The notes beneath the pieces are model-generated. The model was not told where the DNA came from and did not search any database. It was given only the letters and a program-made list of their open reading frames with translations. A stretch of DNA of 64,000 nucleotides. Source: a virus. Shown here piece by piece: positions 1-8,748 of the stretch. Numbering within the stretch: the stretch's first letter is position 1; each line of letters begins with the position of its first letter. The stretch spans positions 1-64,000 of the IMG/VR virus record IMGVR_UViG_3300020463_002275; one strand, 5' to 3'. Both the position numbers and the translations under genes were made by a program.

Positions 1-909
1 AAAGATGCAAAGAACATAAATTGGAAATATCATCCAGAATTAAAAGAAAGTGTTGAAGAACGTTCGTTATCTAAAGGTGAAGAAAAGGAAAAAGAACGTA
101 TTGTAAAAGGTATGAAGAAAGCCAAAGGTGATTTTAAAGATCGCTATGGTAAAGATGCTGATGCAGTAATGTATGCAACTGCAACTAAACTTGCTAAAGA
201 AGGTAAACACATACCTAATCCTAAAAATGCATTCATTACTAAAGCAGATACTGCTTATGACTTTATTAAAATAGGTACCAATATGGCTAACTTGAAAAGT
301 ATGCCAACAGGGGTTAGTAATTATGACGAACCTGATATTATGATTGCACCTTATGCAGGTAAAAAAGAAATGAAATACCTACAAAAAGAATTAAAGAGAT
401 TAGGTTATAAGGTACAAGATGCTGACGGTTATCAAGATGCACACTATGATGAAAAGCCAACAGGTGGAGAAGAACCACCACAGGTAAAAAACGAAGGAAA
501 ACTAGGACGTTTAAAAATTAGTAAAATGCGTCCAGTACATAAAAAACGTAAATTTAGAAAACTATTTAATCAACTGAAACGTATGGGTGAAAATACTATG
601 TCACCTATTACAGTTGACAAACACGGACATATTGTAAACGGACATCATCGTTATGATGCACTACGTTTAATGGGCGAAGAGTATGCAACTGTAAGAATGA
701 TAGATGTACACGTCAGTGAAACATTAGATGAAAATTTTGCCGACGGTAAAAAAAAGGGCAAAAGTAGACCAGGTAGAGTAAAGAAATCTGGTGCTAGTTG
801 TAACGGATCAGTTACAAAGTTACGTAAAATGGCAAAAAAATACAGTGGTGAACGTGCTAAGATGTATCATTGGTGTGCCAATATGAAGTCAGGTAACAAA
901 AAGAAGTAG
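1..909 (+). CDS. Modular basic protein with a ParB/Srx-like domain (5' partial; runs off the left edge)
   Basis: Frame 1 is open from base 1 (KDAKNINW...). SPITVDKHGHIVNGHHRYDAL resembles the ParB-N GHHR motif. C-terminal module is Lys-rich. Confidence 0.55.
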   Translation, partial: KDAKNINWKYHPELKESVEERSLSKGEEKEKERIVKGMKKAKGDFKDRYGKDADAVMYATATKLAKEGKHIPNPKNAFITKADTAYDFIKIGTNMANLKSMPTGVSNYDEPDIMIAPYAGKKEMKYLQKELKRLGYKVQDADGYQDAHYDEKPTGGEEPPQVKNEGKLGRLKISKMRPVHKKRKFRKLFNQLKRMGENTMSPITVDKHGHIVNGHHRYDALRLMGEEYATVRMIDVHVSETLDENFADGKKKGKSRPGRVKKSGASCNGSVTKLRKMAKKYSGERAKMYHWCANMKSGNKKK

Positions 910-915
910 TAAATA
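910..915 (+). promoter_or_regulatory. Possible late-type promoter core (TAAATA)
   Basis: gTAAATAc directly after the upstream stop, followed by an AGGAG SD and ATG 926. Confidence 0.35.
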
Positions 916-925
916 CAGCATAGGA

Positions 926-1495
926 GTGCTTATGGATTACTTTTTAATACCTGAATTATACATAGATAAACAATTATTCACAAAAAAAGTTAAAGAACAA
1001 TGCGAATCATGGGGCCATTTTGGTTCTGGACGCTTTAAGTTTTACTCTGGCATGCCTGATGATGAAACATTAGATTATTTAGATAATACTTTTAAAAATG
1101 CAGGAGATATTGTAACCAAAGTACTCTTTAATCGTGTAAAAGCAAACAATATTATAGGTCCACACACAGATTATGGAAGAGGTTGTACAATCAACATTCC
1201 AATTTGTGGCGACTTTGCAAACAGTAGCCTAGATGCATATGAATGGACACAGCCTGTAACTGTTGTTAGTCCAAACGAAGATATTGAAGAGACTGAAGAA
1301 AGTCGTTTTTTCCCACATAGTGAAATAGAAGAACAAATAAATTACACAACCTCAATATGTTTTGATACAAGAGTGCCACATGGTGTCACAAACCAAACAA
1401 AGGAAGATAGATTCATACTAGGAGTAACATTTAACGATAAGTTTAAAGTTGGACACATAAAAGAACTATACGAAAAGGGGGAATTGCTTATATGA
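926..1495 (+). CDS. 2OG-Fe(II) oxygenase-like (DSBH) protein
   Basis: HxD motif (GPHTDY), distal His (VPHGVTN), terminal RFILGVTF strand. Confidence 0.65.
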   Translation: MLMDYFLIPELYIDKQLFTKKVKEQCESWGHFGSGRFKFYSGMPDDETLDYLDNTFKNAGDIVTKVLFNRVKANNIIGPHTDYGRGCTINIPICGDFANSSLDAYEWTQPVTVVSPNEDIEETEESRFFPHSEIEEQINYTTSICFDTRVPHGVTNQTKEDRFILGVTFNDKFKVGHIKELYEKGELLI

Positions 1496-1782
1496 TATTT
1501 TGGTTAGGATTTACAGTGATGGTATTAAACGAAGGATTCGTTATAATGCGACATGTACATCCTTGGTTTGCACGTAAACGTGAAGCACTTATGGCCAAGT
1601 ACGGTAGTAACTGGAAACGTTTTCATGCAACACTTGATTATGTATGGATAGGTGGCGTAGGTTTAGGAATAGTATTAGACTTCGCTAACTGGAAATTTTA
1701 TGCAACAGTGTTAGGCGTATTTTGGGGATTAGTTGGTATAGTTGTATACTTACCTATGCTAATAAAAAGGATTTTGCGATGA
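1492..1782 (+). CDS. Small membrane protein
   Basis: Three hydrophobic segments; start overlaps upstream stop (ATGA). Confidence 0.6.
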   Translation: MIFWLGFTVMVLNEGFVIMRHVHPWFARKREALMAKYGSNWKRFHATLDYVWIGGVGLGIVLDFANWKFYATVLGVFWGLVGIVVYLPMLIKRILR

Positions 1783-1958
1783 TTATTAATGGTGTATACA
1801 TACAACCTAATCCTTATGAAGATGGATTATGGGTGACTCTTATGTGTCCGCATAAATACATTACAGAAACTAAACTAATTGTTGAAGATTTCGAAAGTAA
1901 TCAACAACGTAAACAAATAGGCATATTTACGCCTACGGAGGATGAGAATGAAGGCTAA
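1779..1958 (+). CDS. Hypothetical protein
   Basis: ATGA overlap with upstream gene, MIINGVY...; fills the gap exactly. Confidence 0.5.
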   Translation: MIINGVYIQPNPYEDGLWVTLMCPHKYITETKLIVEDFESNQQRKQIGIFTPTEDENEG

Positions 1959-2214
1959 AGAGTTTATGTCAGAAACGACTTCTGCAGGTGCAGTAGCGGC
2001 TGTTGCAATGCCAATAGGTGCTGTTCAATCAAGAACAGGATCAAAAAAGAAGAAAAAAGATACTAAAACAAAAGAAAGCGGATTACAACGCTATACAGGT
2101 ATTAAAAAATACGGAAAAGACGGGTTTGAAGCACTACAAAAAGCAGGCAGAGATGGTGCAAGTGAAGAACAAAAAGGTGCTATTAAAGACAAGTACCTAA
2201 AAAAGAAAAAGTAG
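1948..2214 (+). CDS. Small Lys-rich hypothetical protein (possible internal head protein)
   Basis: GGAGG SD 6 nt before ATG 1948; acidic leader MKAKEFMSE then basic segments. Confidence 0.6.
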   Translation: MKAKEFMSETTSAGAVAAVAMPIGAVQSRTGSKKKKKDTKTKESGLQRYTGIKKYGKDGFEALQKAGRDGASEEQKGAIKDKYLKKKK

Positions 2215-2215
2215 G

Positions 2216-2222
2216 ATAAATA
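2216..2222 (+). promoter_or_regulatory. T4-late-like promoter core ATAAATA
   Basis: Intergenic ATAAATA ~24 nt before ATG 2246; the same heptamer recurs upstream of other genes. Confidence 0.55.
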
Positions 2223-2245
2223 CTATTGTAATTCGGAGTAACACA

Positions 2246-3052
2246 ATGAAGCAAAGTGAGTTATTAGAAAAATCCAAAGGCTTATATCACAACGTTAACA
2301 AACGTAAAAAAGCCGGGACCAGCAGAAAGAAAGGTGCAAAAGGTGCGCCAACTGATCAAGACTGGAAAGATGCGGCTAAGACTGCAAAAGAAACTACTAA
2401 TGAAGGCTTGGCTGAATTAGCAGGTGTTGCTGAAAGAGATCACGAAGTACAAATGGCTCGTGCTGATTTATACAAAATTGCCAAATATGCTATTAAGTTA
2501 CATGAAATGCTAAAAGGTGTTTCCGAAGCAGAAGGCATGCAAGGTTGGCAACAATCAAAGATTACTAAAGCGGCTGATTATATGGGATCAGTTTATCATG
2601 CAATGGATTACGAAAACAAATTTGAAGGTGTAGAAGTAACCGAATCACAAAGAGACACACATTGCTCAGACAAATGCTGTGGATCAGATGTTAAAGCAGA
2701 AGATTGTGGATGTCCTCCAGACTGCGATCATTGTAATTGTAACGATACTAGTATTCCTGAAGGCAAATCACCACATAAAAAAGGTACTAAAAAGTACAAA
2801 AAACATATGGCGGCAAAACATGCTAATATGGGCGAAGACTATAAAGAGTCAATAAGAAACAAACTTCAAGAAGCACTTCAAGAAGTAGAAGAAGTTGCTG
2901 GGTTATGTCCAGAATGTGGACTACCAAGTTATGCAACATTACCAGAAGCAAAACAAAAAGGTGTCGACGGCAAAGTATGCTGGAAAGGCTACAAAAGAAT
3001 GGGCACTAAGAAGAAAAATGGTAAAACTGTAGATAACTGCGTAAAAGCCTAA
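2246..3052 (+). CDS. Modular Lys/Cys-rich hypothetical protein (possible processed head protein)
   Basis: GGAG SD; alternating basic, helical and Cys-rich modules separated by Glu-ending linkers. Confidence 0.6.
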   Translation: MKQSELLEKSKGLYHNVNKRKKAGTSRKKGAKGAPTDQDWKDAAKTAKETTNEGLAELAGVAERDHEVQMARADLYKIAKYAIKLHEMLKGVSEAEGMQGWQQSKITKAADYMGSVYHAMDYENKFEGVEVTESQRDTHCSDKCCGSDVKAEDCGCPPDCDHCNCNDTSIPEGKSPHKKGTKKYKKHMAAKHANMGEDYKESIRNKLQEALQEVEEVAGLCPECGLPSYATLPEAKQKGVDGKVCWKGYKRMGTKKKNGKTVDNCVKA

Positions 3053-3072
3053 CCAAAAATCCAATAAATTAC

Positions 3073-3101
3073 TTGACAAATACCTAAATACAAAGTATAA
3101 T
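3073..3101 (+). promoter_or_regulatory. sigma70-type promoter TTGACA-N17-TATAAT
   Basis: Perfect consensus with 17 bp spacer; AGGAG SD and ATG 3132 downstream. Confidence 0.85.
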
Positions 3102-3131
3102 ATACTGAATACTTTTAATTAGGAGATAATC

Positions 3132-3392
3132 ATGAGTTCACGTACCTATGGTGCAGAAGAAAAAGCGAAACTTGAAAGACTAGTAAACGAAGGTGTTACT
3201 GTGCTTCAAGAAGTAGAAGACCTAAATTCTGGTCTAAAAGAAACAGTTAAGTCTGTTGCAGAAGAATTAGACATTAAGCCAAGCCTTATTAACAAAGCAA
3301 TTAAGATTGCTCAAAAAGGCGAATGGCATAAAGTTTCAGAAGAGTTTGATGATCTAGAAACACTTGTTGTTACAGTTGGCAAGGACAAGTAG
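3132..3392 (+). CDS. dsDNA-binding protein, T4 DsbA/GapR-like
   Basis: Size and helical pattern (EVEDLNSGLKETVKSVAEELDIKPSLINKAIKIA) resemble phage DsbA/DUF2312. Confidence 0.55.
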   Translation: MSSRTYGAEEKAKLERLVNEGVTVLQEVEDLNSGLKETVKSVAEELDIKPSLINKAIKIAQKGEWHKVSEEFDDLETLVVTVGKDK

Positions 3393-3673
3393 TGCAGAAG
3401 ATAAAAGACTTTTGGATTAATAGTTATCAAAGCGACAAGATTGCATTTGCATTTGAACTTGTCAGTTTTATTTTCACAGTCGGCGCCAGTATGACGCTGG
3501 CAATAACAGCCAAAGAACCTAATATGTTATTAGTTTATCCTGCATTTTTTGTTGGTAGTACAACACAATGCTATGCATCTTATCGTAGAGGTGCCGCTTG
3601 GGTAATGTTAATAACAGGTTGGTTTGTATGTGTTAATATATTTGGATACGGAGTAGCCGCTTTATGGTGGTAA
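3392..3673 (+). CDS. Small 3-TM membrane protein
   Basis: Three hydrophobic helices; GTG start overlaps upstream stop. Confidence 0.6.
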   Translation: MQKIKDFWINSYQSDKIAFAFELVSFIFTVGASMTLAITAKEPNMLLVYPAFFVGSTTQCYASYRRGAAWVMLITGWFVCVNIFGYGVAALWW

Positions 3674-3882
3674 AACCTTACCAACCTTTGGCCTGGATCA
3701 GTACAGGTTGTTTACTGATAGCCGCAACATTAGCGGCATTTAACATTTACCCTTGGTATATATTTGCATTTATTGGAAGTAATACTTTATGGGTAATTAT
3801 AGGATTACTTTGGAAAGAACGTAGTCTTGTTGTTCTTAATGCAGGACTTACAGTCATATATATTGTAGGATTAATACTTTGA
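3664..3882 (+). CDS. Small 3-TM membrane protein
   Basis: Three hydrophobic helices; overlaps both neighbours. Confidence 0.6.
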   Translation: MVVKPYQPLAWISTGCLLIAATLAAFNIYPWYIFAFIGSNTLWVIIGLLWKERSLVVLNAGLTVIYIVGLIL

Positions 3883-4457
3883 ATGTACTCATTGCAGGAG
3901 ATAGTTTTGCGGCTGAATGGCCTGGACACAATAGTTGGGTCAAACTTCTCGCAAGAGATTATGATGTAACAAATGTTGCACAAGCAGGTGTAAGTGAATA
4001 TAAAATACTACAACAAATACAAACTGCAAACTTAGATGAATATGATTTAATAATCGTTAGTCATACAAGTCTAAGTAGAGTACATACACCCAAACACCCT
4101 TTACACAAAGAAGGACTTCATAAAGACTGTGATTTAATTTTTAACGATATTAATCGCATAAGTTTTTTTAATGCAAGTCTAAAAGCCGCTAAAGATTATT
4201 TTAAATACCACTATGATGACAAGTACTACCAGACTGTATATAGTTTGCTAAGAAAAGAGATAAACACTATATTAGCAGAAAAAAAGTATCTTAGTATGTC
4301 ACATGTAGAGGTAGCAAAACTTTTTATACACGAAGATAATCATTTAGATTTCAGCGAATTTTGGCAATCACACAAAGGCACAGAAAACCACTATAACATT
4401 ACAGGCAACCAAAAAATATATGATATTGTTGTTGACAAAATCAATAAACTATGCTAG
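3879..4457 (+). CDS. SGNH/GDSL hydrolase-like protein
   Basis: N-terminal LIAGDSF, NVAQAGVS block, C-terminal ENHY His. Confidence 0.6.
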   Translation: MNVLIAGDSFAAEWPGHNSWVKLLARDYDVTNVAQAGVSEYKILQQIQTANLDEYDLIIVSHTSLSRVHTPKHPLHKEGLHKDCDLIFNDINRISFFNASLKAAKDYFKYHYDDKYYQTVYSLLRKEINTILAEKKYLSMSHVEVAKLFIHEDNHLDFSEFWQSHKGTENHYNITGNQKIYDIVVDKINKLC

Positions 4458-4460
4458 TAT
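4432..4460 (+). promoter_or_regulatory. sigma70-type promoter for DNA polymerase (TTGACA-N17-TAGTAT, extended -10 TG)
   Basis: TTGACA 4432-4437; TGc TAGTAT 4452-4460. Confidence 0.6.
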
Positions 4461-4491
4461 TATAATACGCCCAAGAGGCATGCAGATGGTC

Positions 4492-4509
4492 CGTTGGCCA
4501 CAAGCAACG
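4492..4509 (+). promoter_or_regulatory. Hairpin abutting the polymerase SD (candidate translational operator)
   Basis: CGTTG-GCCACAAG-CAACG: 5 bp stem with 8 nt loop, directly followed by AGGAG (4510-4514) and TTG 4521. Confidence 0.5.
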
Positions 4510-4520
4510 AGGAGATAGAG

Positions 4521-7211
4521 TTGAGTTACGTAGACGCACATTTTGATCGCGATTCTGATATTATCAGAACAGTTGAACGTAAAGATGGAAAAAGGCATTT
4601 CCACGAATATCAAGCAAAATATACATTCTATTATAAAGATCAACGAGGCAAGTATAAAAGTGTCTATGGTGATCCTCTCCAACGTATTGTATGTAAAAAC
4701 ACAAAAGACTTTCGTAAAGAAGTTGCTATTAACAAAAGCAAACAATTATTCGAAAGCGACATCAATCCTATATTCCAATGCCTAAGTGAAAATTATCTTA
4801 ACCAAGATGCTCCAAAACTAAACATTGCATTTTTTGATATTGAAACGGACTTTGATCCTGAACGTGGATTTGCTGATCCTAGCGACCCGTTTATGCCTAT
4901 TACATCTGTATCTGTATACTTGCAGTGGTTAGAAACAATGGTATGTTTAGCAGTTCCGCCTAAGACACTTACAATAGATCAAGCAAAGAAAGAACTTGAA
5001 GGTATTGAAAACGTAATGCTTTTCGAAAAAGAAGGTGAAATGATTGACACTTTCTTGACACTAATTGAAGATGCTGATGTATTATCAGGTTGGAACAGTG
5101 AAGGTTATGATATTCCTTACATTGTAAATAGAACAAGTCGTGTACTTTCAAAAGATGACACAAGACGTTTTTGTTTGTGGCAACAACTTCCTAAGAAAAG
5201 AGAATACGAAAAGTATGGTAAATCAGCGGAAACCTATGACCTAGTAGGTAGGGTACATTTAGATAGTTTGAATTTATATCGTAAATACACGTATGAAGAA
5301 AGACATAGTTACAGACTTGATGCTATTGGTGAAGTTGAAGTTGGTGAAAATAAAGTTCCTTATGAAGGCACTTTGGATCAATTGTACAACAATGACTTTA
5401 GAAAATTCATTGAATACAACATACAAGATACCGCTCTACTGGACAAATTGGACAAAAAACTAAGATTTATTGATCTTAGTAATGAACTGGCTCATGCAAA
5501 TACAGTTTTGCTACAGACCACAATGGGAGCAGTTGCAGTTACAGAACAAGCGATTGTAAACGAAGCACATCATCGAGGACTTCAAGTTCCAAATAGATCA
5601 AAATATGATGATGAAAGCACAGCCGCGGCAGGTGCTTATGTGGCATTTCCTAAAAAAGGATTACACAAATGGATAGGTAGTATGGACTTGAACAGTCTGT
5701 ATCCTAGTGTGATTCGTGCATTAAATATGGCACCCGAAACAATCATAGGACAAATACGTCCAACTATAAGCGAAGCCCGTGTACACGAAGATATGACGCT
5801 TAAAAAGAAAAGTTTTGCAGGATCTTGGGAGGGACGTTTTTCAACAGAAGAATATGAAGCAGTAATGGAACAACGTAGAGATGTATCACTTACTGTTGAT
5901 TGGGAACAAGGAAAGTCACCTGCAGGTTCACCGAGTGATGTACTTAGTGGTGCAGAGATTTACAAATTAATTTATGATAGTAATATGCCTTGGATGCTTT
6001 CATCTAACGGAACAATCTTTACAACTGAGTTTGAAGGTGTTATTCCAGGTATACTTGAACGTTGGTATTCAGAACGTAAAGAATTACAAGCACAACTTAA
6101 AAAAGCAAAAGATGCTGGCAATAAAATAGAAATTGAATATTGGGACAAAAGACAATTAGTTAAAAAGATTAACCTAAATAGTTTATATGGTGCTATTCTT
6201 AATCCAGGTTGTAGATTTTTTGATAAACGTATTGGTCAGTCAACAACACTTACAGGTCGTACTATTGTTAAACACATGTCAGCAGAAGTAAACAAAGTTA
6301 TAACAGGCAAATATGATCACGTAGGTGAAGCAATGATATATGGTGATACAGATAGTTGTTACTTTAGTGCTCATCCTGTTCTTAAAGAACAAATAGACAA
6401 AGGACAAGTGCCTTGGGGTAAAGATAACGTAATTAAACTTTATGATCAAGTATGTGAAGCGGCTAATGAAACATTTCCAAAGTTTATGCTAAATGCATTT
6501 CATTGTCCTAAGTCACGTTCAGATGTAATTGCGGCGGCAAGAGAAATTGTTGCAGAGTCAGGCTTGTATATTACAAAGAAACGTTATGCGGCATTAGTAT
6601 ATGATATTGAAGGCTTTAGAAGTGATGTAGATGGAAAGCCTGGTAAAGTAAAAGCAATGGGATTAGATTTACGTAGATCAGATACTCCTGTGTTTATGCA
6701 ACAGTTCTTAAGCGAACTATTATTAATGGTACTTACTGATAAACCACAAGCAGATGTACTAGAACGTATTACACAGTTCCGTAAAGAGTTTTCAGAACGT
6801 CCAGGTTGGGAGAAAGGATCTCCTAAACGTGCAAACAAGATTGGACACTATCAACGACTAGAAGAAAAGCAAGGCAAAGCAAACATGCCTGGACACGTAA
6901 GAGCAAGCATCAACTGGAATACACTTAAACGTATGAATGGCGACAAGTATTCGCAAGAGATTGTAGACGGTATGAAAGTTATTGTGTGTAAACTAAAACA
7001 GAATCCGTTAGGTTATACAAGTGTTGCGTATCCAACAGATGAACTACGTATACCAGATTGGTTTAAAGAACTGCCATTTGATGATGACGCAATGGCAGAA
7101 ACAATTATCGATAACAAACTAGACAACTTAATTGGTGTGCTTAACTATCCATTACAAGATACCAAGCAACACAATACATTTAACAGCCTATTTGATTTTG
7201 GAGAACAATGA
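4521..7211 (+). CDS. polB: Family B DNA polymerase with 3'-5' exonuclease
   Basis: ExoI FDIET; motif A SMDLNSLYPS; motif B KINLNSLYG; motif C YGDTDS; KKRY. Start moved to TTG 4521, which has an AGGAG SD. Confidence 0.95.
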   Translation: MSYVDAHFDRDSDIIRTVERKDGKRHFHEYQAKYTFYYKDQRGKYKSVYGDPLQRIVCKNTKDFRKEVAINKSKQLFESDINPIFQCLSENYLNQDAPKLNIAFFDIETDFDPERGFADPSDPFMPITSVSVYLQWLETMVCLAVPPKTLTIDQAKKELEGIENVMLFEKEGEMIDTFLTLIEDADVLSGWNSEGYDIPYIVNRTSRVLSKDDTRRFCLWQQLPKKREYEKYGKSAETYDLVGRVHLDSLNLYRKYTYEERHSYRLDAIGEVEVGENKVPYEGTLDQLYNNDFRKFIEYNIQDTALLDKLDKKLRFIDLSNELAHANTVLLQTTMGAVAVTEQAIVNEAHHRGLQVPNRSKYDDESTAAAGAYVAFPKKGLHKWIGSMDLNSLYPSVIRALNMAPETIIGQIRPTISEARVHEDMTLKKKSFAGSWEGRFSTEEYEAVMEQRRDVSLTVDWEQGKSPAGSPSDVLSGAEIYKLIYDSNMPWMLSSNGTIFTTEFEGVIPGILERWYSERKELQAQLKKAKDAGNKIEIEYWDKRQLVKKINLNSLYGAILNPGCRFFDKRIGQSTTLTGRTIVKHMSAEVNKVITGKYDHVGEAMIYGDTDSCYFSAHPVLKEQIDKGQVPWGKDNVIKLYDQVCEAANETFPKFMLNAFHCPKSRSDVIAAAREIVAESGLYITKKRYAALVYDIEGFRSDVDGKPGKVKAMGLDLRRSDTPVFMQQFLSELLLMVLTDKPQADVLERITQFRKEFSERPGWEKGSPKRANKIGHYQRLEEKQGKANMPGHVRASINWNTLKRMNGDKYSQEIVDGMKVIVCKLKQNPLGYTSVAYPTDELRIPDWFKELPFDDDAMAETIIDNKLDNLIGVLNYPLQDTKQHNTFNSLFDFGEQ

Positions 7212-7462
7212 AATTGAGCGAAGAACAGAAACTGATTTTGATCACAGACTTTATAGAACAAAAGTTACGTAAAGAAAAAGAATTAGAATATTATTTGAAA
7301 GAGTTAGAAGAGTTGCAACGCAAAATAGGTTATTTGCGTAGCGAAGTAAGTCTTACTAATACAATTATTAATATGATTAAGACTGAACAAGTGTATGACA
7401 TAAAAGATAATATGTTAGACAATGAAAATAAAATTATAGAATTACCAAAGGAAAATAAATGA
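7208..7462 (+). CDS. Coiled-coil hypothetical protein
   Basis: Heptad-like charged helix; ATGA overlaps. Confidence 0.6.
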   Translation: MKLSEEQKLILITDFIEQKLRKEKELEYYLKELEELQRKIGYLRSEVSLTNTIINMIKTEQVYDIKDNMLDNENKIIELPKENK

Positions 7463-7653
7463 AAAACTGGACTAAAAATTCTCCGTATAGAAACAAAGAC
7501 AAAGATGAAATTGCTGATATATTTTATGAACAATTTAAAAAGCATGGTGTGAGACTTCCAGAAACATATACAGAGCAAGAACTAATTGACTTAAATCCTG
7601 GAGTTCCTATATGGTTCACTAAACAACATATGAAATTGAAAGACAAAAAATGA
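7459..7653 (+). CDS. Hypothetical protein
   Basis: AAGGA SD; ATGA overlaps on both sides. Confidence 0.55.
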   Translation: MKNWTKNSPYRNKDKDEIADIFYEQFKKHGVRLPETYTEQELIDLNPGVPIWFTKQHMKLKDKK

Positions 7654-8054
7654 AAGTAGGATTTACTTGTAGTACATTTGATCTATTACATGCAGGACAT
7701 GTGATTATGTTGCGTGAAGCAAAAGAACAATGTGATTATCTTATTTGTGGATTACAAGTTGATCCAAGTATAGATAGAGCAGAAAAGAATGCACCTATAC
7801 AAACTGTAGTTGAACGCTACACTCAATTAAAAGGTGTAGAATATGTAGATGAAATTATTCCATACGGTACAGAAGAAGACCTAGAAGATATTCTTTCTAT
7901 GTACCCTATCAATGTGCGTATATTAGGAGAAGAATACCGCGACAAAGATTTTACAGGAAAAGATATTTGTCGTAAACGTGATATTGATATACATTTTAAT
8001 AAAAGAGATCACCGTTTTAGTTCAAGTGATCTACGGAGAAGAGTTTGTGAATAA
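7650..8054 (+). CDS. Cytidylyltransferase, TagD/glycerol-3-phosphate CT-like
   Basis: FDLLHAGH (HxGH), QYVDE-like EYVDEII, RFSSSDLR terminus; 134 aa. Confidence 0.85.
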   Translation: MKVGFTCSTFDLLHAGHVIMLREAKEQCDYLICGLQVDPSIDRAEKNAPIQTVVERYTQLKGVEYVDEIIPYGTEEDLEDILSMYPINVRILGEEYRDKDFTGKDICRKRDIDIHFNKRDHRFSSSDLRRRVCE

Positions 8055-8748
8055 ATTTATATTTGATGTTGATGGAACACTTACACCAAGTCGTGGTAAG
8101 ATTGATGATGATTTTAAAAAATTCTTTGTAGAATTTTGTAGTAACAATAATGTTTATCTTGTTACTGGAAGTGATAAACCTAAAACAGTCGAACAAATAG
8201 GTGAAGATCTTTATAGTATGGCCAAACGTGTATATAATTGTTCAGGTAGTGAAGTATGGGAAGGTGATAAAAGAATTAAAACTAATGATTGGAAAATTCC
8301 ATATCATGTTAAGACTTGGCTTTTAGAAAAGTTGGAAGAAAGTGACTTTCCTTTACGAACAGGTTTACATATCGAAGAACGAGTAGGTATGCTTAACTTT
8401 AGTGTTGTAGGACGTAATGCAACAATAAGTGAACGCAAACTTTACGTAAAATATGATAAAGAACATAACGAACGTAATTTTATAGCAGATTTATTTAATA
8501 AAGAGTTTGTTGATTTAGTTGCAAGGCCAGGAGGCGAAACAGGAATAGATATATCACCTAAAGGCAAAGACAAAAGTCAAATCATTTATGATTTTAATCA
8601 AGATGATACTCTACACTTTTTTGGTGATAGGATGGATTCACAAGGCAATGATTACCCTTTGAAAAAAGTTATTATTGATAACGACTTAGGTTTAGCAATA
8701 CAAGTTAACGGTTGGCAAGATACTTGGGAGAAATTAAGATGCGTATAA
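8047..8748 (+). CDS. HAD-IIB phosphomannomutase (eukaryote-type PMM fold)
   Basis: FDVDGTLT, VTGSD, IEERVGMLNFSVVGR, GGETGIDI, FFGDR..GNDY. Confidence 0.8.
   Translation: MNKFIFDVDGTLTPSRGKIDDDFKKFFVEFCSNNNVYLVTGSDKPKTVEQIGEDLYSMAKRVYNCSGSEVWEGDKRIKTNDWKIPYHVKTWLLEKLEESDFPLRTGLHIEERVGMLNFSVVGRNATISERKLYVKYDKEHNERNFIADLFNKEFVDLVARPGGETGIDISPKGKDKSQIIYDFNQDDTLHFFGDRMDSQGNDYPLKKVIIDNDLGLAIQVNGWQDTWEKLRCV

Noticed and set aside
2640-2760. Cys-rich segment (CSDKCCG..CGCPPDCDHCNC) as a ranthipeptide/RiPP precursor for the SPASM enzymes
   Set aside because: It is internal to a larger modular protein more than 40 kb from the rSAM array, with no leader or RRE evidence; metal binding is simpler. No convincing precursor ORF was found in the island.
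4521-7211. Intein or intron in DNA polymerase
   Set aside because: Length (~896 aa) and contiguous motifs leave no room; no splicing or homing-endonuclease motifs.
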